Virus record (IMG/VR): IMGVR_UViG_2657245113_000001
Span: 123 to 64,122 of that record
Strand: one strand, 5' to 3'
Origin: a virus
Taxonomy: Duplodnaviria > Caudoviricetes
DNA length: 64,000 nt
Made by a program: the position numbers and the translations under genes
Notes under the pieces: generated by a model
Database searches by the model: none
What the model was told of the DNA's origin: nothing
The model's input: only the letters and a program-made list of their open reading frames with translations
Part shown: one piece after another, positions 1-10,653 of the stretch
How the letters are laid out: each line of letters begins with the position of its first letter
Position numbering within the stretch: the stretch's first letter is position 1

Positions 1-451
1 GAGTGACATTCGGCATGTTGACCTGCCACCAGTAGCGCCACTCGTCTGAATAAAGCGAATCAATGCAGGTCGAAGTGCAGCGGAAAACATCACTTTCAAA
101 CTGGGTGATAGTGGCATCTGGATAGCCCAGCGCCGCCAGTTGTGCCAGATAGAACGCCTTGTTAATCCCGCCAGTGACATTAATTTTTGCATCCAGCCGT
201 TGTTGCCGCTGAGCCAGGGTCTGCACACCGGGCGGTGCACATGAATCCGGCAGACCGGTTAATTGTTCATAGCGATCAATTAACTCGGTGGTGGTGCGCG
301 GATCAACCTCCAGCATCAGGCTATCGCCGCGCTGATGGGCGCGGGAGTAGGACGGTGCCAATCCCAGCAATAGGGGATCATCCCCCTCCCATGCCGGGCC
401 GCGCGGCAGCAGGTTTGTTAATAATTGGCTATAGCTGTCGGTTAAGTCCAC
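1..451 (-). CDS. YmfQ/DUF2313 (Mu gp48-like) baseplate/tail protein, 3' part outside window
   Basis: Manual translation from GTG at 451: [21 protein letters not shown]...; LLPxGxAW motif; directly follows baseplate J. Confidence 0.8.
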   Translation of the reverse strand, partial: MDLTDSYSQLLTNLLPRGPAWEGDDPLLLGLAPSYSRAHQRGDSLMLEVDPRTTTELIDRYEQLTGLPDSCAPPGVQTLAQRQQRLDAKINVTGGINKAFYLAQLAALGYPDATITQFESDVFRCTSTCIDSLYSDEWRYWWQVNMPNVT

Positions 452-1500
452 GTTAGCTCTCCCACAATCGGCAATTCTGTGGCAGCCAGCGGGATATCAT
501 CGGTCGGGCTGACCAGAACGTGCTTATATTCCCCAGTGGCAATACTGATAGCCTCGCTGATACGCGAGTGATCCAGTGTTCCACCCGGCACCCCATCACG
601 CAGAAACATAGCGCGTAACTCAGCAATGACCGCATAGCGCACTTCTGGTGTGTCGGGGGTGAGGCGAATATGGAACGGCACCACTTTTGCCACTGGCGCA
701 AGGATATAGAGGCTGGCCCCTGCCACCGGAGCCAGCGGCAGAATGTGATCACGCACCGCGCCGACTACGGCGTTATCCGGAATAGGGTTTTCAAGATTGC
801 TATTGGCCACCATCACACCAACCGTGCCGGTTCCCATCCAGTGGCGATAAGTCCAGGCGCGAGTGACGCCAGGTACCTCTTTAGCCCAGATAATATAGTC
901 AGGATCAGCGCCGCCTTGCGGGGTGTAATACCACCGCTCAATGACTCGCGCCCGCCACTCGTCCACTGGCTCCACATCAGTACCGCCCTCAATGCTGTCA
1001 GCGGCGGCAGATGATGGCAAACCGTTAATCGGTTGGGTCAGCACCATGCTGATACCATCGTCAGTATTACCCAAAGTGCCAGCCACCGAGCAAATCACCG
1101 ATGCCCGGAGAACCCCCGCAACAGCAGTCGCCGTCGCCGTGGTGGTGTACTCCTGCAAATCATCACGTTGAATCACTCTGCCGGCAGGCACTTCAATACC
1201 GTTGGTGACCCCCTCCCAGCGCACAAAACCGGTCGACGTTGCGGGCTGCTTGCGTGGGCAGCGCTTCATATTGCCGTGGCGCGTTAACCAATCCTCATCA
1301 CACTGATCCGGTAACAGGTTGCGGGCCAGATAATCGATGTAGCCGTAAACCGTATGCACCGCCGCCGCATGCACCCGGCTGTATACCTCGGTGTCGGTAC
1401 GGCGCAGCACAGCATCAGTTTGGAAGCGAGAATTCAGGTCACTGCGGATTTGGGTAATCAGTTGGGGAAGTGTCGGGCGGTTAAATCCGCTGTCAGCCAT
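442..1500 (-). CDS. Baseplate J/gp47 family protein
   Basis: ORF 442..1524, likely start [11 protein letters not shown]; GGTDVE..WRAR, PQGG...DY..WA motifs. Confidence 0.9.
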   Translation of the reverse strand: MADSGFNRPTLPQLITQIRSDLNSRFQTDAVLRRTDTEVYSRVHAAAVHTVYGYIDYLARNLLPDQCDEDWLTRHGNMKRCPRKQPATSTGFVRWEGVTNGIEVPAGRVIQRDDLQEYTTTATATAVAGVLRASVICSVAGTLGNTDDGISMVLTQPINGLPSSAAADSIEGGTDVEPVDEWRARVIERWYYTPQGGADPDYIIWAKEVPGVTRAWTYRHWMGTGTVGVMVANSNLENPIPDNAVVGAVRDHILPLAPVAGASLYILAPVAKVVPFHIRLTPDTPEVRYAVIAELRAMFLRDGVPGGTLDHSRISEAISIATGEYKHVLVSPTDDIPLAATELPIVGELTWT

Positions 1501-1906
1501 TGAGAGCACTCCATAAATCATCAAAGGTGATTAGCTGAGAACTGCCATCGTTGCGATACAGGGTTATCTCGGCGGTCAGTATCTCGGTACCGCGCCGCTG
1601 CACATTGATGGCTATTCGTGAAACTATGCCGTCGTCTTTTAGCCAGGCTAACGCCTGTTCTAAGTAGCCTCTGGCCAGTTCGACGGTGTTATGGGTCAGT
1701 GTGGTGCGCTGAAGCAAGTACAAACGGGAACCAATACGGTCATTTTGTATCGTGGGATAGCTGTCACCCCACCACCCCATCGGCTGTTCTGAATCATCAT
1801 CCGGATCAGCACGACGCCAGGTGAAAAGAGAAATAATCACTGCGCGAGTTAAGTTATCAGTGGGCGTGGAGGCTGATTGTTGTTGACCATTCACCATCAG
1901 GATCAT
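1493..1906 (-). CDS. Mu gp46-like baseplate protein
   Basis: AVIISLFTWRRA, GWWGD, IGSRLYLL motifs. Confidence 0.9.
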   Translation of the reverse strand: MILMVNGQQQSASTPTDNLTRAVIISLFTWRRADPDDDSEQPMGWWGDSYPTIQNDRIGSRLYLLQRTTLTHNTVELARGYLEQALAWLKDDGIVSRIAINVQRRGTEILTAEITLYRNDGSSQLITFDDLWSALNG

Positions 1907-1909
1907 GAG

Positions 1910-2476
1910 TTACTCCATCTTCTGGTTAGGCTTGTCAGTATTCGGTTCGCCATGTGGGTGAGTATGCGAATTGAACTGGCCGCGCATCGCCGCCATAGTG
2001 CCGGTTTTATCTTGAACATCAGCCGCAGACTCGACATTGCCCTGAGCTTTGATCTGACCGCTGGCTTCAATCAGTGGCGTGTTGAATACCGCTTTTTCTT
2101 CGGCGTTAACAATAAACTGTTTGGTGTTCAGCTCTATTTGGTTACCGCGCTTGAGAATAATGCTGTCGCCCTCATCGCTATAAATCGCCACCTCGCCAGA
2201 CTTCAGCCCTTTAATCCGGTAGCGGCGATCAGCCACCACCAACACCACCCCATGCGAGCGGTCACCATCGGGGAAAGCAGCGAACGCTTCCGCACCTGTA
2301 TGCGCGGCGCTGGTAAAGCCATAAGGTTCCAGATGTTCGATATTGTCTTTTAGCTCATCGGCGATCATCTGGATTTGTAGCATCTGGTTTTTACTGCTGG
2401 AATCAAGGCGGCGAACCACCGCGCGCACCAGCATATTGGACAGGGCGCGCTGGATCCCCGCAAACAATCGGCTCAT
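1910..2476 (-). CDS. Baseplate assembly/spike protein V (Mu gp45-like)
   Basis: EPYGFTS, DRRYR, C-terminal HTHPH metal-binding tip. Confidence 0.9.
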   Translation of the reverse strand: MSRLFAGIQRALSNMLVRAVVRRLDSSSKNQMLQIQMIADELKDNIEHLEPYGFTSAAHTGAEAFAAFPDGDRSHGVVLVVADRRYRIKGLKSGEVAIYSDEGDSIILKRGNQIELNTKQFIVNAEEKAVFNTPLIEASGQIKAQGNVESAADVQDKTGTMAAMRGQFNSHTHPHGEPNTDKPNQKME

Positions 2477-3549
2477 TAGAATTCGTCCTCTTCGGCTTTT
2501 TTGCGGCGTTTTTTGTCAGGGTTAGGCGGTTTTGGTAAGTAAGCATCAGGCGGGCCAACCCGTAGCTGGGTGATAGTTCCCTGCTCATTTTTGCTGTAGG
2601 TCACTTCCGCGATTAACATTTCGCGGTTGTTAAAGCCCAGTACCGGATCAAATACCGTCACCAGTTGATTGGGCGACCACAAATCGCCGTTCCCCTGCCG
2701 CCAGCCCTGCACCGTATAGGTCACCTCATCGGTACGCGCTGCCCGCCGTAGCATTTCAAACTGACTGCGTTCAATCACCGAGGAACCCGTCGCATTGCCG
2801 CTCTGCTTAATCACCATAGGTCGATAACGGCTGACGCCGCCGTCAACGGTTTTAGCCCGGATGGCATTGGTGGTGGCCGTGCCAAAGTCGTCGTCATTGC
2901 CCGACCGCTGGCCCGCTACCACGTATTCAGAAAATCGGTCTTTAATGCTTTGTTCGGTGTCACAGGAAATAATATTTTCCCCCAGCACCAGCGCGGTGAC
3001 GGTGCGTGAGGCTCCCACCGGGCCAATCACCAATGCACCGGCTGGATTGTCATAGGCCAGCACCTGCTGAATGCCCATCATCTTATCCAGCACATCGACC
3101 ACGGTTTCACCGTAATCTACCTGCAACCCTTGCATCGGGGTGTTTTCCACTCCGGCATTGACCACTGATACACTAAAAGGCGCGGCCAACTGGGTCGCTA
3201 TCTGGACAAAAGAGCGCCCGGTAAATTGGGTTATCAGGGCGGCACAGTCGATCAGGTCTTCGGTTTTACTCCGGCCCACAATGCCCACCGATACTGAGCG
3301 GGCGTCATAGCGTACCGGTGTGGCATCGATATAGCCGGTGACCACCAGGTCAGTGCCGATCAACACCGTAACCGCATCGCCCTTTTTCACTCTGGGCTGC
3401 AGGTGTCCGGCCTCTTCGCTGCCGGGCCATTGGCGGGTAATTTCCACATTAAAATCACGGGCCAGACGTTCGATACCGGCCGAGATTGAGACCGAAGTCC
3501 AGCCTGCCCACTCACGGCCATTGACCCGCAGCGTGACATCGTTATTCAT
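2476..3549 (-). CDS. Baseplate hub protein (Mu gp44/P-like)
   Basis: GWTSVSI, GRSKT.DLIDC, GWRQ motifs; synteny. Confidence 0.85.
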   Translation of the reverse strand: MNNDVTLRVNGREWAGWTSVSISAGIERLARDFNVEITRQWPGSEEAGHLQPRVKKGDAVTVLIGTDLVVTGYIDATPVRYDARSVSVGIVGRSKTEDLIDCAALITQFTGRSFVQIATQLAAPFSVSVVNAGVENTPMQGLQVDYGETVVDVLDKMMGIQQVLAYDNPAGALVIGPVGASRTVTALVLGENIISCDTEQSIKDRFSEYVVAGQRSGNDDDFGTATTNAIRAKTVDGGVSRYRPMVIKQSGNATGSSVIERSQFEMLRRAARTDEVTYTVQGWRQGNGDLWSPNQLVTVFDPVLGFNNREMLIAEVTYSKNEQGTITQLRVGPPDAYLPKPPNPDKKRRKKAEEDEF

Positions 3550-4850
3550 CGGATGGGCACCTGTAGTGTTTTCACCGGCACAAAGCCGGGATGGGTGATT
3601 TGATTGCGACCGATAATGTCAGTTTCGCGCGCGGCGGAGTCATACCAGTCAGCCGCCAGCACCAGCGCGGGCAGCACTTCATCAGGGATGCGGAAGGTGG
3701 TTTTTTCTATCTGCTCGAGCCGCATGCTGATATCGCGATTGACATCAGCGCGCACGGTGTTGATCGCCAGAAACAGCGCATCATCGGTCACCCGTAGCAG
3801 TTCCTGATCAATGGCGGTATTGAGGGAGTCGCGGATCTCTGTCAATGCCTCATAAGTCACCGGCGGAGTAGCCGCTACTGTGTCGCTAAGCGACGTGACC
3901 GCCGGATGAGTGACCAGCGGCAGTTGCGCCTGCGGTGTTACCGTGGCAGTCAGTGGCGGGCGGGCCTGTGGTAAATCAGCCACGCTTTGTGCCGCCTCAG
4001 TCAGTGCCGTGGTGCGGATGGCCTGAGCGACAACATTACGCTGGGTGGTTTGGGTCTGGATAGTCTTGCTGTCCGTTTTCCATACCCCATGTGGAGCCAG
4101 ATCACGACCCACGGTAAACCCGCTCAACCCCTTAATCTTATTGATAATGTCGTCGCTGTTACCCAGCAGACTGTTACCCGAACGCCACATACGTTGCAGC
4201 CGGTTAACGAAATTCATGCCGGAACTGGGTGGCATTAGCAGCACCGACAAGTCGCCATCCAGCAAGCGGCCCGCGTCGGCAATAGCCGAATTCACACCGT
4301 CAAAGGTTTTAATAGCGGTGTTCATCATGTCGCTGGCATCACTGATCACACCGTTCTGGATAAAATCGGCCATGCCCTCTAGCCCGAAATCCTTACCGAA
4401 TGCATCAGTGACACAGTCGGTCATGGCATCACAGGAGGAAACCAGCTTCTGGCCAGTGGCAACACCGGAGGTAGGGAATGAGAGTTCACCCGCTTCAACA
4501 AAGTTAAAACTGATGGTGCACATACGGCCATCTGAGGCTCTATGGCTAATGCTTACCTCACCATTGATACAGACATTTAGCTCGCCATACTGCGGGTGGA
4601 TCAGTTTCCCCGGCCCCGCCTGGTTAATGGCGGTAATCAGTTGATCACGTTGTACCTGGTAATCATCACCAATCAGATAGGCTGAAATAGTATCGCGCCG
4701 TGTCACCCGTCCCCGATCTTCGGAGTAAGGCTTATCGCGGTTGGGGTATTCGTGGGTTTGTGTCCTGCGCCCGAAAGTGGCCTCATCCTCTTGCGTTTTA
4801 AATGGCACACCACGAAACGAGGCCGGTAATAGCTTATCTTTCCAGCTCAT
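3546..4850 (-). CDS. DNA circularization protein (Mu N/gp43-like)
   Basis: ASFRGVPF, HEYP, LIHP.YG, HPGFVP; start MSWKDK at 4850. Confidence 0.9.
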   Translation of the reverse strand: MSWKDKLLPASFRGVPFKTQEDEATFGRRTQTHEYPNRDKPYSEDRGRVTRRDTISAYLIGDDYQVQRDQLITAINQAGPGKLIHPQYGELNVCINGEVSISHRASDGRMCTISFNFVEAGELSFPTSGVATGQKLVSSCDAMTDCVTDAFGKDFGLEGMADFIQNGVISDASDMMNTAIKTFDGVNSAIADAGRLLDGDLSVLLMPPSSGMNFVNRLQRMWRSGNSLLGNSDDIINKIKGLSGFTVGRDLAPHGVWKTDSKTIQTQTTQRNVVAQAIRTTALTEAAQSVADLPQARPPLTATVTPQAQLPLVTHPAVTSLSDTVAATPPVTYEALTEIRDSLNTAIDQELLRVTDDALFLAINTVRADVNRDISMRLEQIEKTTFRIPDEVLPALVLAADWYDSAARETDIIGRNQITHPGFVPVKTLQVPIR

Positions 4851-4864
4851 ACATTCTCCGGGCG

Positions 4865-4889
4865 AAAAAAAACCCACCGAAGTGGGCCT
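4865..4889 (-). terminator. Rho-independent terminator-like hairpin between tape measure and DNA circularization genes
   Basis: Minus strand GGCCCACTTCGGTGGG followed by a T run. Confidence 0.55.
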
Positions 4890-4901
4890 GTAGGCTATCA
4901 A

Positions 4902-6728
4902 TTACTTATTAGCGAAGCGGCTATAGCCAACGTCGTAGCCAATACCAAAACCTGATTGACTACTTTGAGAGCTCACCACATTCATGTCAGGTGGGGCGTT
5001 TTCAAACTTAACCGTCATTTCTCCGTTAACTTTCTGCTGGCTTTGGCTAGATAGTAGGTAATTATTGGATTGCGGTGATAATCCCTGCGTAGCGGGTTGT
5101 CCGCTATTATCGTCACCGAAAACATAATCCCAACCATCATTAGCCCACCCTTTCACTTTATTCATCGCATTGAGGATTGGCTCAATATAAACGCTGACGC
5201 GCTCCCACATGTCTTTAAACCAGCCAACTATCGGCTCCCAATTCTCAATAATAATGCCTAGAGGGTGGTAGTTGAAAAATAGGTCTTTGACAAACTGCCA
5301 GCCTGTTGCGCTGCACTCCTTGATAAATTCCCACGCAGTGCTGAACCAACCGGTAATTGAGTCCCACATATTTTTAAACCATGGGCCAAGAGTTCCCCAG
5401 TTAGCCAGTATTAACCCTGCGCCCATCGCTACAATACGAATAATCATACCAATGGGACTCATGCCGATAGTTTTACTTATCAGCCCAAGAGCAATATTCA
5501 CACCCAGCATACTCAACTTCAGGACTACAAACCCAGCAGCAAGGCCAATGGCTCCACGGATAACCTCAGGGTTAGTCGCTGCAAAGTCGCTGAACCGCTC
5601 GGCTAAATCCCCCAGCCAGGTCACCACATGTTTTGCATCACCCGCAAATGCCCCGCCAATTGCGGCCAGTCCATTTACTGCGGTGCCTGTCATGGCTTCC
5701 CATAAATTGGTAAGCGTACCTAACTGAGCATCAACACGTTGCTGCAGCGTCGCCTGCTTATTCATCCGCTGCAATACTTCGTCGTAGCCGGTTTTACCTT
5801 TAGTAATAAGGGCATCTACCACTTGTAGCGTTTCTGCATCATCACCGAATATCTGTTTGATAATAGTGGTCTTTTGCTTTGTGGTCAGTGATTGTAATTT
5901 CTGGAGTTGATTAAACATATTATCCAGACCACCAAACTCGCCCTTACCGTCAGTAAAATCTAGCTTAATTCCTTTTTTACCCAGTAACTTATTGGCGGCA
6001 TTCATCTTCTTGCCATCAAAGCCTGCCTGAAACACCTTACGTAATGCGTTACCTGATGCTTCACCCTGCATCCCCATCTGATCCATCATGACTGAGATCG
6101 GGGCTAATGCTTTGGCGGCAGTGAGTCCATCCTTGTTGACCATCTTCAAGACAGAGCTAGTCTTACCGAAGAAAGCCAGCATGTTGGTGTCATCCACCCC
6201 CATATAAAAGGCTTTTTGGATGGTATCAAACAGCCCCATCATGTCATTAGACGCAGTTCCTGTAGCATCCTGCATTTTTGCTGCGAACTCTGCGGCGGCT
6301 TCAGGGGTTTTCTTCAGCTGTACAGCCAGATAAGCGGAGGCTTCGCCCACACCACTTAAAATATTAGTAGCGGGGATGCCTTGCCTGACCAGCATCTGCA
6401 TCATGTTTTGAAAATCGGCAGTAGTGCCTGGCAATTTATTACCCAACCCGACTGCCAGTTTATTGATCTTTTCGAATTCGATACCGACAGATCCACCAGC
6501 ATCCATCATGGCAACTTTTAAACCCGTTGCTGCGTCCTCTTGTTTTGCATAAGCAACACCGGCTCCGGCTAACCCAGCAACTAAGCCAGCAGCTAATGGC
6601 ATTGCGCCCGCTGAGCTTTTATCAATATTTCGCCGGAATGAACGCATATTCTTCTGAATCCGGCCCAAAGCCGGAGACAGTTTATCAACACCTGTAATGA
6701 GTGCTTTTAGCTGGAAACTATCCGCCAT
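4902..6728 (-). CDS. Tail tape measure protein
   Basis: 608 aa Ala/Gly-rich, W/F-periodic C-terminal repeats, position after tail chaperones. Confidence 0.9.
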   Translation of the reverse strand: MADSFQLKALITGVDKLSPALGRIQKNMRSFRRNIDKSSAGAMPLAAGLVAGLAGAGVAYAKQEDAATGLKVAMMDAGGSVGIEFEKINKLAVGLGNKLPGTTADFQNMMQMLVRQGIPATNILSGVGEASAYLAVQLKKTPEAAAEFAAKMQDATGTASNDMMGLFDTIQKAFYMGVDDTNMLAFFGKTSSVLKMVNKDGLTAAKALAPISVMMDQMGMQGEASGNALRKVFQAGFDGKKMNAANKLLGKKGIKLDFTDGKGEFGGLDNMFNQLQKLQSLTTKQKTTIIKQIFGDDAETLQVVDALITKGKTGYDEVLQRMNKQATLQQRVDAQLGTLTNLWEAMTGTAVNGLAAIGGAFAGDAKHVVTWLGDLAERFSDFAATNPEVIRGAIGLAAGFVVLKLSMLGVNIALGLISKTIGMSPIGMIIRIVAMGAGLILANWGTLGPWFKNMWDSITGWFSTAWEFIKECSATGWQFVKDLFFNYHPLGIIIENWEPIVGWFKDMWERVSVYIEPILNAMNKVKGWANDGWDYVFGDDNSGQPATQGLSPQSNNYLLSSQSQQKVNGEMTVKFENAPPDMNVVSSQSSQSGFGIGYDVGYSRFANK

Positions 6729-6888
6729 TATTTTTTATCTCCTGCTCTATGCGGATAGCCTGTTTCTCCAGTAAATCGAGTGAAGAAAATGACTGATCAA
6801 GCATTTCTATTGGATTAATGCCCCAATATTTGGCGCAATTAAAATAGCGGGCGACAAGAACATCTGACGTTAACTGCCGAGGAAAAAA
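6718..6888 (-). CDS. -1 frameshift extension of tail assembly chaperone (G/GT-type)
   Basis: Slippery T TTT TTC at 6888-6882; -1 frame stays open to 6718, overlapping tape measure start. Confidence 0.75.
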   Translation of the reverse strand, partial: FFPRQLTSDVLVARYFNCAKYWGINPIEMLDQSFSSLDLLEKQAIRIEQEIKNNGG

Positions 6889-7136
6889 CGGGCCACCGCC
6901 CAGCCTGCAAGATTTAAATCGGCTGGAGACATTGAATCCACTGCACTGGGTGGAATATTGCCAAGTCGAGTGATGTATTTGCATACTGCAGCAGATAATA
7001 ATTTCACTGACTCATCAGGATTAAGTTGATAGGGATATCCGATTTCACGAACATCCTTACCCGTAGGATCTCTCATCTCAATCTCTGTAATTTCTTCACC
7101 ATGCGCGGTAATCGGTGCTGTTAATGTCAGTTTCAT
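6870..7136 (-). CDS. Tail assembly chaperone (gpE/gp41-like)
   Basis: L..PI.AHGE....I.MR.PTGKD motif; between tube and tape measure. Confidence 0.85.
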   Translation of the reverse strand: MKLTLTAPITAHGEEITEIEMRDPTGKDVREIGYPYQLNPDESVKLLSAAVCKYITRLGNIPPSAVDSMSPADLNLAGWAVARFFLGS

Positions 7137-7489
7137 TGGTAAAAGCCCTCTTCCCCGTGGAATTCCATATCTACCGTGCCTTCTTCGGCATTGTGGTTCG
7201 CTTCACCATGCAACCAGCCGCTGGAAAGTACATACACCATACCGTTTGCCAGCTCGCCAGTGATGGTCATTTCATCAGCTGAAGTGATCTTGCTGATGGG
7301 ATAGCCTTTCGGAACCTTGAAAGTTCCTTTGATATAAGGAGCGCGGTGGGTTTCTTTGTAATCCACTGAGCCATCCAGCCCGATCACATCATCTTTCACC
7401 GCCGTGTTCATTGGCACCTCGATGCCGCCAGTCAGAGATAATTGCTGACCATCAATTTTAAAAAAGCACGTACCGCCAATTCGGGACAT
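7133..7489 (-). CDS. Tail tube protein
   Basis: 118 aa Mu M-like protein after sheath. Confidence 0.85.
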   Translation of the reverse strand: MSRIGGTCFFKIDGQQLSLTGGIEVPMNTAVKDDVIGLDGSVDYKETHRAPYIKGTFKVPKGYPISKITSADEMTITGELANGMVYVLSSGWLHGEANHNAEEGTVDMEFHGEEGFYQ

Positions 7490-8983
7490 TTAGGCCACCT
7501 CTTCGCTATATTGCAGACGGAACTGATTAAGCACTGCGAACACTCGCAGCTGGTTGACATAATCAGGTGGGAACAGCACATCAAGCCGGTTAGGGTTATC
7601 CGCATTGCGCTCGACAATCAGGTACTGATTGAACAGGTTAAAGTTCTCAACAATGCCCGCGCGCTCCAGTTGGCGATAAACGGAGAGTATTTCCCCACGG
7701 ATCACCATCGGCGTGACAATCGCCTGACCTGCACCAAAACGGGTACCATCGTTCGCCAGCTTATGGCGCGGATATTTGCTGGTAATCACTGACTTCAAGC
7801 GGCGCAGCACGTAAGCGCTGGTATGCAAGGTTTCACTATCAAGAAAACTGTTATCAGCATTGCCGTAGCTGTTTTTCTGATAGGTGGTGATATCACGCTG
7901 AATGCGCAGTACCCCGCCCTCGCTATAAGCCGTGGCGATACCGTGGGTTAACAGGGATTGCTGCTCGGACAGAATGAAGCGCGTCCCCACCGGAGCCGGA
8001 AGTGCGTCATTTAACAGGCCGGTTTGCGTAGGTCGCGCCGGATCATTGCGAATAAACACCGAATTACGCGCGGTTCGTGCTGCAACCAGTTCATCCGTTG
8101 CCATCTGTACGCCAGTTTCATAGCCAGCAATGGTCAGATGTGGGTCGTTGAACGTGGCACCAAAAGCCACCAGATCCGACAAATCACCCACCTTGGCGGT
8201 ATATACATGGCCATATAGCTGCCGTGACCAACTCCAGCGCCCGGTATCGTCGTTCATCTCTTTGCCGATGGTGGCCAGTGATGCCGAGTCATTAAACGGG
8301 AAAGCGATAAAATCAAACAGCTCATCACCCAGCGTGGCAATAGTGGCAGACAGGTTTGGTGTACCAGCCCCGCCAGCCAGTGGAACAATGGCCACATTCA
8401 CGCCAGAGGGGTTCTGCTCACCGCCCACCGTGCCGCGATAGTTCAGGCTGACAGGCAAGCCATTACCGGTTAAACCGCTATTTTTGGCCGTAAGGGTGAC
8501 AACACCTGCAGCAGCAATGGCGGTCACCGGTAAATCAACCAGTGCATTAATTGCTGCAGCAATGCTGGTAGCGATAATCGCCGGGGTATCCAGTGCGGTG
8601 ACAATCACCTGCACTCGAGTAGAGCCAAGATAAATAGCGAGAGCGCCGGATGCTTGCGCGGTACCGGTGACCGTGAGTGTGCCGGTTGCCGGATCACCCG
8701 CGACTTCAGGGACAGCGACCACCCACAACTCACCAAAGGGATCGACAGCCCGATAAGCTGCCACCATGCGGGCTAACTGGCTACCTCGACCGGCTACCTG
8801 CCCCGCTCTGTCTGCCGATGGCATAATGATGAGTGTGTTTTTTTCAATCGAACTGGTTGCCAGCGCATGAGCGATAATCAGTGATGGCCCGCTGTCCTGT
8901 GCCGTATTCGCCGCGCTATTGTCCATTTCGGCAAAGAACAACGGCACCCGTAAATCATTAGGAATGTTGTTAAAGCTGATCAT
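7490..8983 (-). CDS. Tail sheath protein
   Basis: 497 aa; RVPLFFAEMDNS, ITTYQKN, PPDYVNQLRVFA. Confidence 0.95.
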   Translation of the reverse strand: MISFNNIPNDLRVPLFFAEMDNSAANTAQDSGPSLIIAHALATSSIEKNTLIIMPSADRAGQVAGRGSQLARMVAAYRAVDPFGELWVVAVPEVAGDPATGTLTVTGTAQASGALAIYLGSTRVQVIVTALDTPAIIATSIAAAINALVDLPVTAIAAAGVVTLTAKNSGLTGNGLPVSLNYRGTVGGEQNPSGVNVAIVPLAGGAGTPNLSATIATLGDELFDFIAFPFNDSASLATIGKEMNDDTGRWSWSRQLYGHVYTAKVGDLSDLVAFGATFNDPHLTIAGYETGVQMATDELVAARTARNSVFIRNDPARPTQTGLLNDALPAPVGTRFILSEQQSLLTHGIATAYSEGGVLRIQRDITTYQKNSYGNADNSFLDSETLHTSAYVLRRLKSVITSKYPRHKLANDGTRFGAGQAIVTPMVIRGEILSVYRQLERAGIVENFNLFNQYLIVERNADNPNRLDVLFPPDYVNQLRVFAVLNQFRLQYSEEVA

Positions 8984-9186
8984 TGTTTTTTGGCCTTCTG
9001 CTCAGGTTGAACGATAGGTACCGGTGGTGCGGTTTCTTCAGGTTCTGCGGCCTTGACGGTCACTTCTCCTGACGCTATCCGGCGGTGCCAGTAAATATCT
9101 TCATCGACGTTTCGGCCCTCTGCGGGCAAAAAGTCACCTCTAACCGGGTCAGGAACTGACCGGCCATCTTTGGGGATCACATGCAT
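8980..9186 (-). CDS. DUF2635-like small tail protein
   Basis: GRSVPDP..G..LP.EGR.V....YW.RR. Confidence 0.8.
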   Translation of the reverse strand: MHVIPKDGRSVPDPVRGDFLPAEGRNVDEDIYWHRRIASGEVTVKAAEPEETAPPVPIVQPEQKAKKQ

Positions 9187-9192
9187 AAGGGA

Positions 9193-9744
9193 TTACTCGT
9201 CGTTAAGAGGGATGTTTAACTTGTGCTCAATGCTGCCGTCAGGGGTCATAAAATCGACATAAACCATGATCCGCTCCAGCTCTGCAAGCTGCTGAAGATC
9301 GTCCCATTGGTGGGTATCTTCGACTGTAATGTCCCGTATTGCTGAGAAGTCATACTGGTAATAAAGATGGGCGCGGTTCATATCCAGCAGGTTGCCACCA
9401 TCATACTGAATCGGGTCATAGCAAGACTCAGGCTCCCAGCCCAGCAGCGCTTTAAACAACTCAGTGCGGATATTATCGACGGCATCAAATGCAGCCTTTT
9501 GCCCACGCTGATCAGGTGTATTATCCAGCACCACAATCACAGCAAAACCGTCAGTAAGAGCCTGCCAATAGTCGGTTTGTGACTTTTGCTCTCCCGCATT
9601 GTCATCCAGCGGAATGACCCAGGCAGTGGGTAATTCCATCTTTGTCGTTTCTGGTATGGCCTTATATTCAGCTGCACCGGATATGCGCCCATTAAATGAC
9701 GGGCAGCGCAATCGAAGTGCAGCAATAACCACTGAAAGTTTCAT
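9193..9744 (-). CDS. Tail terminator-like protein
   Basis: ALLGWEP motif, synteny. Confidence 0.7.
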   Translation of the reverse strand: MKLSVVIAALRLRCPSFNGRISGAAEYKAIPETTKMELPTAWVIPLDDNAGEQKSQTDYWQALTDGFAVIVVLDNTPDQRGQKAAFDAVDNIRTELFKALLGWEPESCYDPIQYDGGNLLDMNRAHLYYQYDFSAIRDITVEDTHQWDDLQQLAELERIMVYVDFMTPDGSIEHKLNIPLNDE

Positions 9745-10259
9745 TTTTTAACGGGCCTCACTGAGCTTTGTAGCGCCTCAAACAACACACGCTGAATCCA
9801 CGCCTGCCGGTTGAATAACGCCTGCTCCATAAAGTTTTTACGGGGTTTGATTTTCCAGCCATCCCCACCAGCACCACCGCGGCGGTGATTTTTATTGCGA
9901 CGAGCGCCCTGTTTAACACCATAAAACAGGAAAGCAGGATAGAACGCGCCCTCAATAGGACGCGAACCTTTGCCGCCTTTCTGGTTTGGGGCGATCCGGA
10001 CTAAAAAACCAGGGCGGTTGGCGGTCGCTGTTGGCACACGAAAACCAATAGATTTAGCTAGCCGCCCAGTACGATAGCCCGGCACTTCTCCGGCATCCGA
10101 TATCGCCCGCCGTGCCACCAGGCGACGCGCCTCACGCAAGACATTCTGACCGACACTGACAAACGCCCGTCGCACCCTTGCTTTGTTAAAGGTGATTTCA
10201 GTTTCTTTGTCAAAATCGACATGCAGATATAAACCGCTGGTAGAGTTCTCAATTGCCAT
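9741..10259 (-). CDS. HK97 gp10-like neck protein
   Basis: Basic; RTGRLAKSI, FL.YG, KPRKNFM. Confidence 0.7.
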   Translation of the reverse strand: MAIENSTSGLYLHVDFDKETEITFNKARVRRAFVSVGQNVLREARRLVARRAISDAGEVPGYRTGRLAKSIGFRVPTATANRPGFLVRIAPNQKGGKGSRPIEGAFYPAFLFYGVKQGARRNKNHRRGGAGGDGWKIKPRKNFMEQALFNRQAWIQRVLFEALQSSVRPVKK

Positions 10260-10651
10260 TAATGCCCCTCCCCGATAGCTTCCACGCTACCCAGCTCTTC
10301 AGCAGTGATAACCAGAAAGCGGCTGGCTTCATTCAGGTTGGTGGTGCCTTTGACCCGATAAACCATTTTATTAATTACCACTTCGTCATCGGTGGTAACG
10401 CCCGTTCGGTAGCGGATAACAATGCGGTGCGTAATAGCGACACCTATCTGCATCGAACCAATACGGACAGAGTCACCAATGGCTGACAATTTGGCCCAGG
10501 TATCAAAGGTATTGTGATAAACAGTATCAACACCCATATGACCATTGCCGGGAACATCTTCGCGGGTACGAAACTGGGCGCGTTTGTTTAGCTCGCCAAT
10601 CGACGGTGTGCGGTAGGTGGCTGCAACTTCAGTCAATCTACGCTGAGTCAT
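10259..10651 (-). CDS. Head closure / head-tail adaptor
   Basis: GELNKR, THRIVIRYR. Confidence 0.8.
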   Translation of the reverse strand: MTQRRLTEVAATYRTPSIGELNKRAQFRTREDVPGNGHMGVDTVYHNTFDTWAKLSAIGDSVRIGSMQIGVAITHRIVIRYRTGVTTDDEVVINKMVYRVKGTTNLNEASRFLVITAEELGSVEAIGEGH

Positions 10652-10653
10652 AG

